A DNA stretch of 63,810 nucleotides, counting the filler, from Craspedostauros australis (taxonomy: Eukaryota), in NCBI GenBank assembly GCA_030167865.1. It is 6 parts of 6 records of this genome, joined end to end, with 100 filler letters (N's around TTAATTAATTAA, not from the genome) between each part and the next. Parts side by side here need not be neighbours in the genome. Positions count along the whole stretch, not along the records: positions 1 to 12,497 come from JALAGF010004484.1; 5 more parts are not named here. One strand, 5' to 3'. The first letter of the stretch is position 1, and every line of letters starts with the position of its first letter. The notes below the pieces were generated by a model. The model was not told the origin of the DNA. It worked only from the letters and a program-made list of their open reading frames with translations, and did not search any database. Shown here piece by piece: positions 1-12,597 of this stretch. Position numbers and translations under genes: made by a program.

Positions 1-1423
1 AAATCAAGTCGAATCACGTTTCAGTCATGGTAGATGCTACCTATTTTCGATCTAGATGTTGATATCAACGAATCAGTTGTATGCGTGTACTCTTGTGCAT
101 GTTGTGGTCGGTCCGGATCTTGTGTGATACAACCTTTGTTCTCGTGACTGCACGAACATCAACACACACGCGCGCACACACAAAGTTGGGTTTGTCAGGC
201 TTTGTGTTTTGTGGTGCCAGCAGAGTGTCCTTTTTCTTGTGCATGGATTCAATGTCATCATTCCGGACCGACTAGTGAAAGCCGTTCTGTGTCGAAATCT
301 GTCAAGTGTGAAATTGAAAGTAGTAGTTGTTTCTGTGTATGTGCCTGTGTATGTGATTTGTTGGTAGTGATTAAGCTGTCATATTCATGGTTGCAAGCAT
401 TTTCCAAAGTCAAGAGGACACAGAAATATGCATAAAGTGGTGTGTTCATGCTGAATGCCAAAGTGTTCGGAAGGACGATGTTGGTCTTGCAAAAGCTGGT
501 CTTCGAGGTCAACAACATTGGTGTGGCCTCTTATGCATCATGTATATCTTGGTTTCTTTTCTGTTTGGTGGTTTCACATGTTGGTAAAATGGGAAGAAGA
601 TGCAAAATGTATCATTTGCCTGCCAGTCATAGAACACAATCAAGATTGGAGTCTTTCCAGGAAACTTGGCCAGGGAACTGGATCATACGTATAAAAGTGA
701 GATGGAGATGGCCTCCACGCAAGGTTGGAGGGTTCCAAGGTCCTGGAGCTCTTTCAAGCGCACTTGCAGAGTGCCCGCAGGCGTCCTTGGTTGCTGGAGA
801 ACGCTAACGAAACTGCAGTCTTGTGCGACTCGTCAATGAGACAAAGGATGGACGGAAGGACATCATTCATGACTAATCCGATTAACCGTGTTCGAGGAAG
901 AGTGTCCTGGTTGCATGACCAATGTTCCTCACAGCCTCGCTCGCAGCTTTCAAAGCCACACGACCATTCGTCAAAATCAGGATGCCCAAATGTGTCTCGC
1001 GCAACTGTGGCCGAACAGATGTCGATGTGCAGCAAAAAGAACTGTCTTGTTCGTGTCGGAGGAAGGTGGACATCAGCAGACGCAAAAGGCATGGACGAAT
1101 TGGTATCTTTGGCTCCGCGACACGAACAGGAGAAGAGACAAGAACAGAGCATCGAAGAGCAACACAACAAGGGAAAGGAAGACGAGGCAACAAGAAGACA
1201 CGAGAGAGGAAGGATCTCAAGATCAGACACACAATCCAAGTACTCCATCGGAATAGGAGTGCTCGTTCCACAACTCACTGGCGCCATCTATCCATTCTGC
1301 GACTCGCACCACACACCACGCACCGCACGCATCTCGTCCTACCACAACACAAGGCCTGCCGCCAGAAACGCTCCGTCACCACACGAACCTGCTCCAATAC
1401 GCTGATATTCCCAAGAGTGCACC

Positions 1424-2730
1424 ATGCGCCTCACGTCAACCCAAGTCTCCGCTCTGTTCGCAGCCTCCACCCTCACAGGGGTGTCTGCCTTCAGCGCGCC
1501 CTCCATTCTGCCCAAGCCAATGCGGCCCACACACAGCGCAGGTGCCGCAATCCCAACCTCAACAACTTCGCTCCATGTGGGAATGACGCTGAACATGCCT
1601 CCAAGCCGAGAAGATGGCGAATTTGATGGCAGCGATCCCTCCATGGTGACTCAGATGGCACAGGACTGCGCAGATTCGGACACCTGCTCGGTGGAAGATG
1701 CGGAGAAGTACCTTCGAGGCTTGCTGATGATCCAGAGTGACTGCGCTGCCAATATCCTGGACGAAGAAAACGCGATCTGCAGAGATGTTGGCACCGCTGC
1801 CGCCCTCGTCGCCGCCCTTCGAGACAAGATCAAATTCGGTCAAGCAGAGCTCGCTCGGTAAGCGTGAAAACAGCGGTTGCAATGGGATGCTTCGTCTCGC
1901 AGTCACCATCCTCGTACTCTCGTGTAAAGAACTCAGCTAAGAATCCAAGCGGGCAAAGCAACAAACGACTTCGTGTGCGAGCATTCGACATCCAATTGAA
2001 TACTCTCCATCCATTCTGTTTTCTCACTTATCTTCTCCTCGTACATATAATACTCGCACCATAATCGTGTATCATCAGACAAACCAATGTCAACACGGTC
2101 GCATCATTCGGACTTGGAGCTGTGGCGCTGCTGTTCGCGTCCACCCTCGCTGTTTCCGTCCTGTCAGCCCAGCCTGATGCAGCACCATTCACGATGCAAG
2201 AATGGTGGTGGGCCGCACGTGATGGTTACTTGGGCACCATGATGGCGCATTTCGTGCGTCATGGGGGGCTTGTTGCAGCAGAAGGGGTGGATGGAACACA
2301 GAGCAACAGCAACCCACTTCTGATGACGTTGACATTGCGAGAGTGGGTGTGGGCCATCCAGGGCGGATACTTCGATAACATGGTGGTGCAGCTGTTCCGA
2401 GAAGGTGGCATGGAATTGGCGTCAGTTGCTTCGTCTGCACCAGCATCAGCAATGTCGCCATCGTCATCGTTGTTGCAGGAAACTGCAAGCGCTGCATCCT
2501 CGCTCGATGGAGTCCTCGTAGCGAATCTGACACCGCAGGAGGTTTGGTGGGCCATCCGAGGATCGTATTTGGATACCCTGTTGTCCCATGTCTATCACAA
2601 TGGCGGATTGGCCGTCACTGACTACGATTCGGACGCGGTGTCCTTTTCGATCGAAGAATGGAAGCACGCCATGCGAGATGGATACATGGATGACATGGTG
2701 GCGAGCTTTTACACGAAGGGTGGGTTGTGA
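1424..2730 (+). CDS. Plastid-targeted protein of unknown function with four Trp-rich repeats; exons 1424-1857 and 2079-2730
   Basis: Signal peptide ending VSA-F (diatom ASAFAP-type motif). GTAAG donor at 1858 and CAG acceptor at 2076-2078 join the exons in frame (CG|A = Arg). A hydrophobic segment follows, then four T.xEWxWA.xxGY..xGGL repeats. Confidence 0.8.
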
Positions 2731-2761
2731 TGCGTCAAACTCATCCGCTATTGTACGAGTG

Positions 2762-2765
<4 letters not shown>

Positions 2766-2797
<32 letters not shown>
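2766..2797. repeat. (CT)n microsatellite
   Basis: Seen directly, just downstream of the first gene. Confidence 0.9.
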
Positions 2798-2798
<1 letters not shown>

Positions 2799-3534
2799 GA
2801 TAGATAGAGATGGATGCGGCAGCAATAGAGTTTCGCCGCAAGCAACCATGCCACATAAACAAATTCTCCGTGCAATAACACATTCACACCCACCACACGC
2901 CTCTGCCTGTATCATGCATGAGTGCGAACGCTTTGTCCTGGGCTTGGGCTGATGGTTGCATTTCGCTCGCTTTCAGCAGGGGGTTGTTTCACTGTGTAGC
3001 CCGTCTCTATATTGGTTGGTTAGACTGGGTCGACGACTCAAATAGAAGCTATTTGTGTACCGATGACAAGTGAAGAATTCGCAGTCATTTCCGCAACGGC
3101 GGCAACCGTTACGCAACGCACAGACGAACAGCACGAAACAAGGGAAGATGCGTGGAGGCGGGTCGCGGCAGAGCAAGAAAGAACGAAGGAGGGAGAAGCA
3201 AGAAGCAAGAGAAAGAGGAACGGCACCAAGACCGCCACCATCGTCGCCACCATCGTCTCCATCAGAACCGTCTCTGGTGCTGCTCTTGGCTCTCAGGTCG
3301 TAACTAACCAATAGTATTATATAATATTCTACAACATATACGACTAGTGGATAGTATTCTATTATACTCGACTCGCACTCCGAGGACAGCCTCAGGAAGA
3401 AGCCTCCACACCAGGCAACCAGGCAACCAGGCAACCAGGCAACAAGGCAACAAGAAGCACTCCACTCTGCATACGACTAGTCGTAGTATTGGTTTTGGGA
3501 CTCTCGCTGGAAGCAAGCAAGAAACAGCAACACC

Positions 3535-3996
3535 ATGGCCGACATGATGTTTGCCCTCGGGCAGACGAAGAAGAAGAAGAAGGAGGAGAACAAGGTCCGT
3601 CAGACCAAGGCGGAGCTCAAGGACGTTGTCATCACCGACACCATCGAGAAGGACATCCGCAAGGGCCAGTTCGACCGCGATCAGAAGTGGAAGGCCACCG
3701 GACGCGATCAGATCAAGCGCAACACCAATTTCGACATGGCGAGGTCGCTGTTTGGCGGCACCAGCAGCGTCAACGAGCCTGCAAGAGGCTCAGACGAAGG
3801 GATCGAGAAGAAGATGGGTTCCATGAGGGTGCGGGATCATCAGGAGGACGAAGATGAAGACGAGGTTGACGAGCAAGAAGTCCAGGAGGAAGAAGACGAC
3901 GAGGACGAGTATGAAGAGGAGGAGGAAGTTGAAGAATACGAGGAGTACGAGGAAGAAGAGGAGGAGGACGAGGACGAGGACGATGAGGAGGATTAG
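3535..3996 (+). CDS. Small protein with Lys-rich N-terminus and long Asp/Glu C-terminal tail; function unknown
   Basis: ATG in a CACC context, GC3-rich codon usage, 153 aa ORF. Confidence 0.7.
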   Translation: MADMMFALGQTKKKKKEENKVRQTKAELKDVVITDTIEKDIRKGQFDRDQKWKATGRDQIKRNTNFDMARSLFGGTSSVNEPARGSDEGIEKKMGSMRVRDHQEDEDEDEVDEQEVQEEEDDEDEYEEEEEVEEYEEYEEEEEEDEDEDDEED

Positions 3997-4687
3997 AGCA
4001 GCCCGAACACCCCAACCATCCAGCCACGCATCCATGCAGCCACTTGTTCACTCGTCCATTCGTCCACTCATTCGTCGAGAGATGGATTCATCGACCGATT
4101 CATTGTCGGGACCATTACTATAGTCCTAGCTCTATCACTGTCCTCAGGGATCACCACTCAGTCTTATGTGGCTTTGCCTATGTCTACTATGAGGAGTGCT
4201 GTTGTATCTTGCTCTCGCTCTCTCTTCGCGCAGTGCAAGCCCTCGTATGTCCAATACTCTAGTGGAATAGGCCTACTATCTATTATAATACATTATATCA
4301 TAGCTACATGTTCTACGTATGTCAGAGTGCAAGGGCGCTCTTGCTTACCTTTCTACATTTAAAGCCATTATACGAGTACGGCTGCGCGGATCTCTGATCG
4401 TCATGAATAAAATTGTAGAATACGCAGCAATGCATATGCTTTAATAGGATTCAACTTCGTTCGTTCTCGTACTTCCGGCATCTCATGTTGGCGTACTCCT
4501 ATGGTGCCTCGCGCATTGGTGGGCAGTTGCGCTTGCTCTGCTCACCACACCTCACCCTTATTGCTATTGTTGCTGCTGTTGCTATTGCTACGCATCCTAT
4601 TGTGCTACTACCCATCTATTATATTACCTACAGTGCACTCTGATACACACAATAATCTACTGTACTTCCCTGTACCCTGAAAGTCCG

Positions 4688-7600
4688 TCAGCTGGAAACG
4701 ACATTGTGCTGTTCCACGGTCGTGTCCGTGCGCTGCTGTTGGGCAGATCTCGAGGACCTGGCTGCCCGCATCGATCGCATGGATTGCGACTCGTATTTGC
4801 TCATGTCACTTTCCGAGGCGTCATCCTCCCCACTCATGTACGAGCTACCCATACCGGCCTCCAGATTGCGCCCGCTACGATCCTTCTGTCTGCGCCGACG
4901 CGTGCTCCTCGTCGACCGGACGTCATCTGGTGGCAGGCTGTCCTGGTGCTCCAGCTGGTACCGCCGGATGTTCCTCTCCATCTCCCTCTTCGCCTCTCGC
5001 CTCACATCCCGGCGCCCGTTCTGGCAGGTCATCTTGTCGTACACCCCCTCGGCCACGTACCGAATGTCATCGAATGACTCCAGGATGGGCAGCACGATGA
5101 TGACCACGGCGGAACTGAAGCCCCACGCAATGGAGATCGAAACCCAGAATGCGAAGTAACCACGCGAGAAGATGCCGGCCGGGATGCTCAGCATCGGCCA
5201 CGCGAACAGCAGCACGAACGTCAGCACGTAGCCCCGTCGGGTGATCCATTGCTCGTACCGCGACAGCACAATCGGATCGCGCTGGTCCCGTGTCAGGCCG
5301 CGCAGATCGTCCTTCTCCACCAGCGAAATGTGCGTCTCCAATTCGCCGAAGTCGTAATTCTGCGGATCGGCAAATCTAGAGTAGGCCCAATGGATGAAGG
5401 CGCTGGACAGAATGGCCATGAGGTTGCCCGTCAGCATGACCTCGTTGGTGCCCAGGCTTTCCACCGTGAGCTCCGCGCTCTGGTACATGGCAGCGAACAT
5501 CCATGCTGCCAGACCCAGGACGAGTCCTGCCCACGCAGCGACGATGGCGCCGGTCCCCGATGCCTGCTCCCATCGCATGAGGTTCCACAACGGCGCGACG
5601 GCTGGTCCGATGATGATGCCCATGAACAGGTACACCCACCCCAGATCCAATCCCAGCTCGAACAGCGCGATCGAGAGCGCCCCCATGACGAGGCCGAAGC
5701 CCACGATGACGACACGGGAGACGTAAAGGATGTCCTCACCCGTGGCGTTGGGATTGTAGTACTGCCGATAAATGTCGTAGGCCACGAGCGATGACACCGC
5801 GATGGACTCTGAAGACCCTGTCGAGACGATCGCCATGAAAAGCATGACGAGGATGAGCACGGAGCCGATATCCCCCAGCAGCTCCGTGGCGACCGCCGGT
5901 GGGACCAAGCCCGAACTAGCTTCCGCATCAGTGATGGGCAGCTGCAATGCCGTTGCGACCAACCCGAGGGAGGATGCAAGACAGAAGGGGATGGAGAACC
6001 AGCAGAGCCTGAAGAGAGAGTATTGCGTCACATCAGTGTTGCACCAGCATGACGCGAATAATCAGAGGTTGGGCAGGACGTCAAACAGTAAAATGCGAGG
6101 GACGGTATGACGGGTGGTGGAACGCAGTGGCAAATGGATTACGTGAGATGGGCATGAGCAACATTGACCAGTTGAATAAATGCACTCGAGTTGTACCAGT
6201 ATATGAGTATGTGAGATTGTGTGGAGTATGTGGATGCGCGGTACGGGGAGTGTGGAGACAACCACTCCAGAGTGCGTTAAACGCCTATACTCTGCACGTA
6301 CACAAAACACAGCATCCTGCTGCGCACATTCGAATTGCTCGCACACGATTGGTGCTCCAACAGTCTGTACAGAACATTTGCGACTTACCCGGCCAGCATG
6401 TATCCTTTGGCGGCGGCGCTGGGTCTCGCCGCGATGGCGGATTGCCAGTACGATTGGTCGACGAAGACGGTGCCGAAGTTGCCGACCACATTGATGATAC
6501 CAAAGAGCAGACCACCCTCCGAGATCATGGTGAGGTAGGATCCGTCGCGATTCCCATCGACTGGCCCGCAAGCGTATCGCCCAGGTTCGTAGAAAGATGT
6601 TTGGGGCGACCCGTCTTCCGAGAAGATGATGCGGCAGTCCCTGTTGGTGTAGGACACGGTTTGGGTCATGTAGGTGTAGAGCGCGTCGCTGGAGAAGTCC
6701 TTGACGTACACCGTGAAGACCATGGTGATGAGAATGACGAAGATGGTGGTGGTGTGGAAGTAACTCGCGAGGAAGGTTGCCTGCAACCCACCGGAAGCCG
6801 TGTAGACGATGACCCCCCACGGGATGAGGAAGGACGCCACTCGGTAGTCCACGCCGGTCAATGCCTCCACGGTGGCCGCGCCTCCAAGCAGCAGCATGGA
6901 CGTGACGATGATGTTGGCCGCCAAGCAGAAGAAGAGGAACGTTTGGTGCGCGTAGCGTCCCCAGCGCGCGTGGACGATCTCGCACACCGTATGGGCTGAT
7001 GGCGCGTTCTTCTTAATGGAGACGGAGAGCACTCCAAACAGAATGATTTGGACTGTGGCACCGGATGCGTACCTGTCATCGAAGCATGGTGGTGGATCCA
7101 CGTCGATGTTTTTGCGGGCAGGCAGATTGATAGATCGGCAGAGGGGTGGAGGGATAGGCAACGGTGTCGGTTGCACGCGGGTCGATGTTTGAAGCAGCGG
7201 ATGGGACGAGGCGGTGAGCTACGAAGACTTCAGAATGCTTGGCATGTTCGTGTCCCAGCCGCTCCAAAAGTAGCGCAAAGCAAACAGCAGGAAACACACA
7301 GCACACGACACACGGCGCAGTCACGAGAAGAAGAATGGCACAGGCACCATCCTTTGGATTGGCATTGCCACGTCGCTGCAGTGCTTTCGCTGCCACCGGA
7401 TCAACACGGATATTGCGGCGCTCCTGTTGCCCCCATTCCTGTCCCTGTTGTTTCTCGTGGATCCTGCAAGAGTGGACGCTCGCGGAGAGTAGCTTAGGAT
7501 TCTCGTCCACAATCCAATCCAATCATCATAGTACGTTTGCAACACGTATGATAGCACTTACCAAAACGGACCGGACACGCCGTACGCCCATGCGACGTTG

Positions 7601-8436
7601 GAGGACTGCAGGAGGGTCGCTGCCCACGTCCACTGACTGACAACGACGGATGCCGTCAGCCCAGTCTTGACCATGCGACCGGCCGTGCTGCTCGGACAAA
7701 GACGAGTTGCGATGATTTCGGATTTGTGTCGGAATGGATGCACGTACGGTATGGCGGCATGGCACATAATATACGTATGTATGCATGTATGCACGAAGCA
7801 GTTGCGCCAACAATGGCAATGATAGATGATATAACATGATACAATCGTACAATATATTGCAATGCAATAGGTCACCATACGATGATGCAAAGCTGTGTCA
7901 GAGGAGACAAGCATGGGGGTACATACGAGTATTGTACATATGATAGACGTGCTGAATGCAACCGAGTGCGGCCGATTGCTGGTTGATGAACGAGGCGCAT
8001 GATCGCTTTTGTCTCGATGATCAGATGATGACGGACTCGACGGATTGCCACTTCTCGCCTGCGTGCTTCTTGCTGATACAACACCATGTCTGTGCTCCAT
8101 ACTGATGCCAAGCTTTCTGCGGGTGTAGTGGCAGTATGTACCACACATGAGACAGCACACACGAGACAACAGTCTGCCAGGAACTTACTTGAAATGCTCG
8201 CTGGTGAGAGTCCGCGCTCCTTGAGCTCCGAAGTGATTGTTGACGTGAAAGAAGATGGTCGTCACGAGACTGAAGAAGATGCCAAAGCCGAGGATGATGG
8301 TGTATCCCACAGCCTGCGACAGCGGCGCCTCACCCTCGAAGAAGGACTCTGCTGCTGCGTACTTTGCAAACGGCGGCACTTCATCGTTCCGTTGGGATGG
8401 ATCGAAGGTGTCGCCAGTGCCCCCGAAGCTGGACAT
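4688..8436 (-). CDS. DUR3: Urea active transporter, DUR3 family (sodium:solute symporter superfamily); exons 8436-8189, 7687-7562, 7072-6389, 6008-4688 (792 aa)
   Basis: Motifs [69 protein letters not shown] and [17 protein letters not shown]. All three GT-AG introns are phase-compatible and the spliced length of 2379 nt is a multiple of 3. Confidence 0.95.
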
Positions 8437-11400
8437 GATGAAATGCGTCGCGGTACGAGCAGATATCCGTTATCGCCAGATGGGATGTTGTGACCAACAG
8501 GGAGACGGATCTGGCTCCTGGTGTTCTTGCTGGTGTTCTTGCTGGTGTTCTTGCTGCGTCACCTGTGTGCTGCTTCTGATGGATTACGAGTACGACTATG
8601 GTGGATTGGAGTGTAGTGGAGTGCAGTGTAGCGGAGGAGAAAGTATGGTGCGACCATGCACAATGTCACGCTTCTTCCTTCCGTCTGATCGGTCGATCGA
8701 TCGTCCACTCTTTTGATGTTCGCTGAGATTGCTTCCGTCTTTTGCGTCGGGAAGAGTTCTTCAACTGGAACTCTCTCTCCCTCTCTCTGTCAAGCTGCCT
8801 CTGATTGATGCTGATGCTGATTCTGATTGTCCTTCCAGCTCGCTGGTGGATGTGCAGATGGTCTCTACCAATAAAACTATTATAGAATAGAATATAATGT
8901 TATATTATGTAGAATACGATGTCTCTCTAGCTCTCTGGCCTTCGCACACACTCTTGATTGCACATGAATGCACTTGGTTGCGTTAATCTGCACAAGCTAT
9001 TACCGAGAGTGGTTTCAATTTGGTGGCGTTTGACAGGTTTGGCGCGCACCTCGACTGCGGGGGTGGACCGCCTGATGGCTTTCTCATCCTTTTGTGTTTT
9101 CCTTCTTCCCATCGCGGCTGGTGAACATCGCACACATCAGGCCCATTGGCGCGCACAAACAACAAGGAACGAGAGGCAGAACGGGGACAAGAATGAGTGG
9201 GGACATTCTTCTTCAGCTCGTTTTGGTGAACATCGTGGGTCATCCAACCTCTTTTGGGTACCGCGTTGGACACAAGAATTGCGACAAGAAATGTCGACAT
9301 GACTGATTGTTCATGACTGAAATAACGTCATTATAACGTTCTGGTGTGACACGCTCACATTTTCGGTTCCATCCGCAAAATCAACAGACTCATGTGTTTT
9401 CTGGCAGCACAGCGCCAACAAATGTGGATCCATCTCACAGTTCGGCCTTGACTGGATGCAGGCGATGACGGTGCTGCCACCGTCGCCGTTGTTGCAGTTC
9501 CCATGAGCATCAGCAACTTTTGGAATGATCAACGAATCGGACGAACGAACGAACGATCCGTTTACTCCAGTGATGTTTGTGTGTGTCGTATCATACTCGG
9601 ACAGCGAGACAGTGACACCTGTGTGTGCAGATGCGACTATCTTCCTCCAAAGTGTGTGGGGCAGCGATCGTGGTCGTCATTCTTCCGTGTTTGTCACCGT
9701 CGTTCCGATGAACATCGATGGAGAGAATGAAAGAAGTCAAGCCTCATCATCAACCTCAAACTCAACCTCGACATGAATCCAGTCCAAACCAAGCTGTCGG
9801 CAACGCACAACAGAACGGCGACGACACCAACAAGGGCTGCTCTACACGATTACAGGGACAGGGCAAGTAAGAGGCTTCTGAGTGCAACGCCTTACACGCT
9901 TTCCGGAAACCACGTTTCTCGTTGCTGCAACATCCTTGTGGACGATGTTTGTGTTTGTATGTGATGACGTGCGATACAAGTGCCGCAAGAACCACGAGCA
10001 GAAAATCAACTCGAAAACGCCAAGCACTCTCAGCGGATCATCTCCACACCACTTGAGGTTTCGCGATAGTGCGTGAGTCCATTCGGCGACTTGTTGCACG
10101 AGGTACGAGTGCGCGCTTCACCTGTTGCCACGGTGGCATCGATCCGGATTTCATCATGATCTGTTGATGGCCAAACACGAGCCTGATGGAGCGCGGATGT
10201 TGCGGTAGGGACAAAGTGGAGCGGAGAGAGGAGATGGGACAAGAGAAATAGCATGACAAGGGATGAGGATCCGATACTTGTTGGCCCCGTTTCGCCTTGC
10301 CATCTTCTTGTGGTCATTCGTACGCACTCGGAGTTGCACACACCATGAATTTGTTCCTGTGTGGCGCTGTTGTTTTATTCGTTCATCGGCCGTTTCTGTT
10401 TGCTGTGTGTTTTGTCGTTGTCGCGTTTCTATGAACGGATCTGTCGCATTCGTGCACCCATGAAGATATCCATTCCTTGTCTGTGTTGGTACGCGTACGA
10501 CGATTCGTACGAGTACGCGCTGATGCAAGGTCCAAGAGACAAGAAGAGCAGCGTGGAGAGCGAATAGTCTTCGACAGCATCACTGATGGCCGTCCTTGTC
10601 CCTCTTCACATCTTTCCATCCACCAATTCGTCCACACAGTCGTCACAAATGCTCGTGAGCGCTGTTCTTCTGCGCTCACAAAATAGAATAGAGCACGAGT
10701 TACACATGATGCTCAACTGTGCACGCGCACACACAAACACATGCACGCACACTCTTGTGAACCCCCTTTTGTTGCAGGATGAGAAGAAGAACAGAGAACG
10801 AAGCACGGGCCATCTTGGTCTTTCGTCGTCTCCTTGTGGCAAGGGGAGGAGGGGATCACCCTGCTCTGCCATGCACTGCGAGCAATTGTACTACTTTTCG
10901 GAACCACAACACCAATGAAACGAAACCGCATCGTGGCGTTTCTGACCATCGGTCCGACCGACAGATAGCTTGCATCACATCAGCACTTTGAGTGGTCTTT
11001 CCCTCAACCATGGGCTCGTATATTTGGAGGAAGTGTCAGGTCGTACAGCAGAGCTCATGGCGCTGCCCGCGCTTGTGCACAATCATCCCTGATTCCACCT
11101 GATCACCCAGCCTACCAGTCAGCCAGCCAACCAGCTCACTCTTCATGAAGGTCGAACAAGTTGGACATGATTTCGGCTCCATCTCTGCCTCTGACTTGGA
11201 AGTGATCGTATCACACGAGGAGAACACTGTGTACTCTGCGACCTGGAGGCCGCACCAATACGATGACGTCCACCGACGCTGACGCTAAACGTGACGTTGG
11301 TGAAAGCAAAGGACCGGCGGTGGGTGATGGGGTACGGGGCGAACCCCTCTCGGATCACCCCTTTCTTCTCCGAAGAGAGTGATGCGGCTCTGCACCACCT

Positions 11401-12497
11401 TGGTGCCGTTTTTCTTTTGTCGAACTCCAGCTATTCGTCACGGATGATTACTCAGCTCTCGTGTCTCGATTGGCGTGGTAGAGTAAGTCGCGTGGTATCT
11501 GGCTCGCGAGCGTACGAGGAGCTCGTGCCGCTGCCATCCAACACCTCTACCTTGGGGATGGTGCGCCGCTCGCCCATCTGTCTCCCTCTCTCTGTGTGTG
11601 CTTGTGTGCGTCTCCAGAAATGCCCCAAGGTCCCCTGGAATCAATAGGCCCCCTTCTGCCCCCGCGGATGCGAATAGCTCGTAGTTGCGCCAGCACTCAT
11701 CTTCGGAGGAGTAACTGAATGAGCGCTCTCTGCGCTGTCGATCATGCATTGTACCAGTGTTGATGATACCCCGCCCCTGATCCTTTCGCGTTCGTCTCTG
11801 GTTCCGCTCCCTGCGACGGATGAGGAACGGGAACAGAGAGCAAGGCGCAGATTGGCGAAGAAGTGATGGAGTGATCGAGTGATGGACACTGAGAGAAACC
11901 ACGAAACATGCGCGCACGAGCCAGAGATAGAAAACTCTCTCTCACTCACTCACCCATCCACCCACTCACCCACTTGCATACGCCGGAGAGAAGGGATGGG
12001 CACAGTCAACAGGCCAACTGGCGAACACTCGGGTGTGGGAATATTCCAATGACACGCATACTTTGTGACCTTGAGAGTGATCAAATTGTGTCGTGAATGA
12101 ATTTTGTTCCTCACTCAAATCAATCACGACTCCAGGAACCATGCGCGCCATTTTTTCAACAATGTTCCTTGTGTGTTATGTTCAATCAAAACACGGCGAA
12201 GATTCTGGATCGATCGTGGATCTGGATNNNNNNNNNNNNNNNNNNNNNNNNNNNNNNNNNNNNNNNNNNNNNNNNNNNNNNNNNNNNNNNNNNNNNNNNN
12301 NNNNNNNNNNNNNNNNNNNNNNNNNNNNNNNNNNNNNNNNNNTTACACGGGAGATGCTGCTGACCCTGCAACTTGCATTCTGACAGAACAACATCTCGTC
12401 ATCATCTCATAAACCGAGAGTTCAATCAACTCAACAACGCAAACCAACTAAATCGACAACTAACGATTACCAATTTACCTCCAAACCAGAGCCCACG

Positions 12498-12597
12498 NNN
12501 NNNNNNNNNNNNNNNNNNNNNNNNNNNNNNNNNNNNNNNNNTTAATTAATTAANNNNNNNNNNNNNNNNNNNNNNNNNNNNNNNNNNNNNNNNNNNN
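12498..12597. other. Artificial contig spacer (N44-TTAATTAATTAA-N44)
   Basis: The same six-frame-stop linker occurs five times in the window. Confidence 0.97.

Noticed and set aside
725..1405. Several overlapping 120-230 aa ORFs
   Set aside because: No recognisable motifs or codon bias; probably intergenic or 5' UTR.
6049..6999. ORFs over 300 aa antisense or out of frame to DUR3
   Set aside because: Explained by the GC3-rich codon bias of DUR3 exon 3.
8900..12497. Short coding-looking patches (e.g. 11240-11750)
   Set aside because: Interrupted by stops and microsatellites; no family could be recognised.
12542..12553. Repeated palindromic TTAATTAATTAA motif
   Set aside because: Always centred in N runs of fixed length; it is an assembly linker, not biology.
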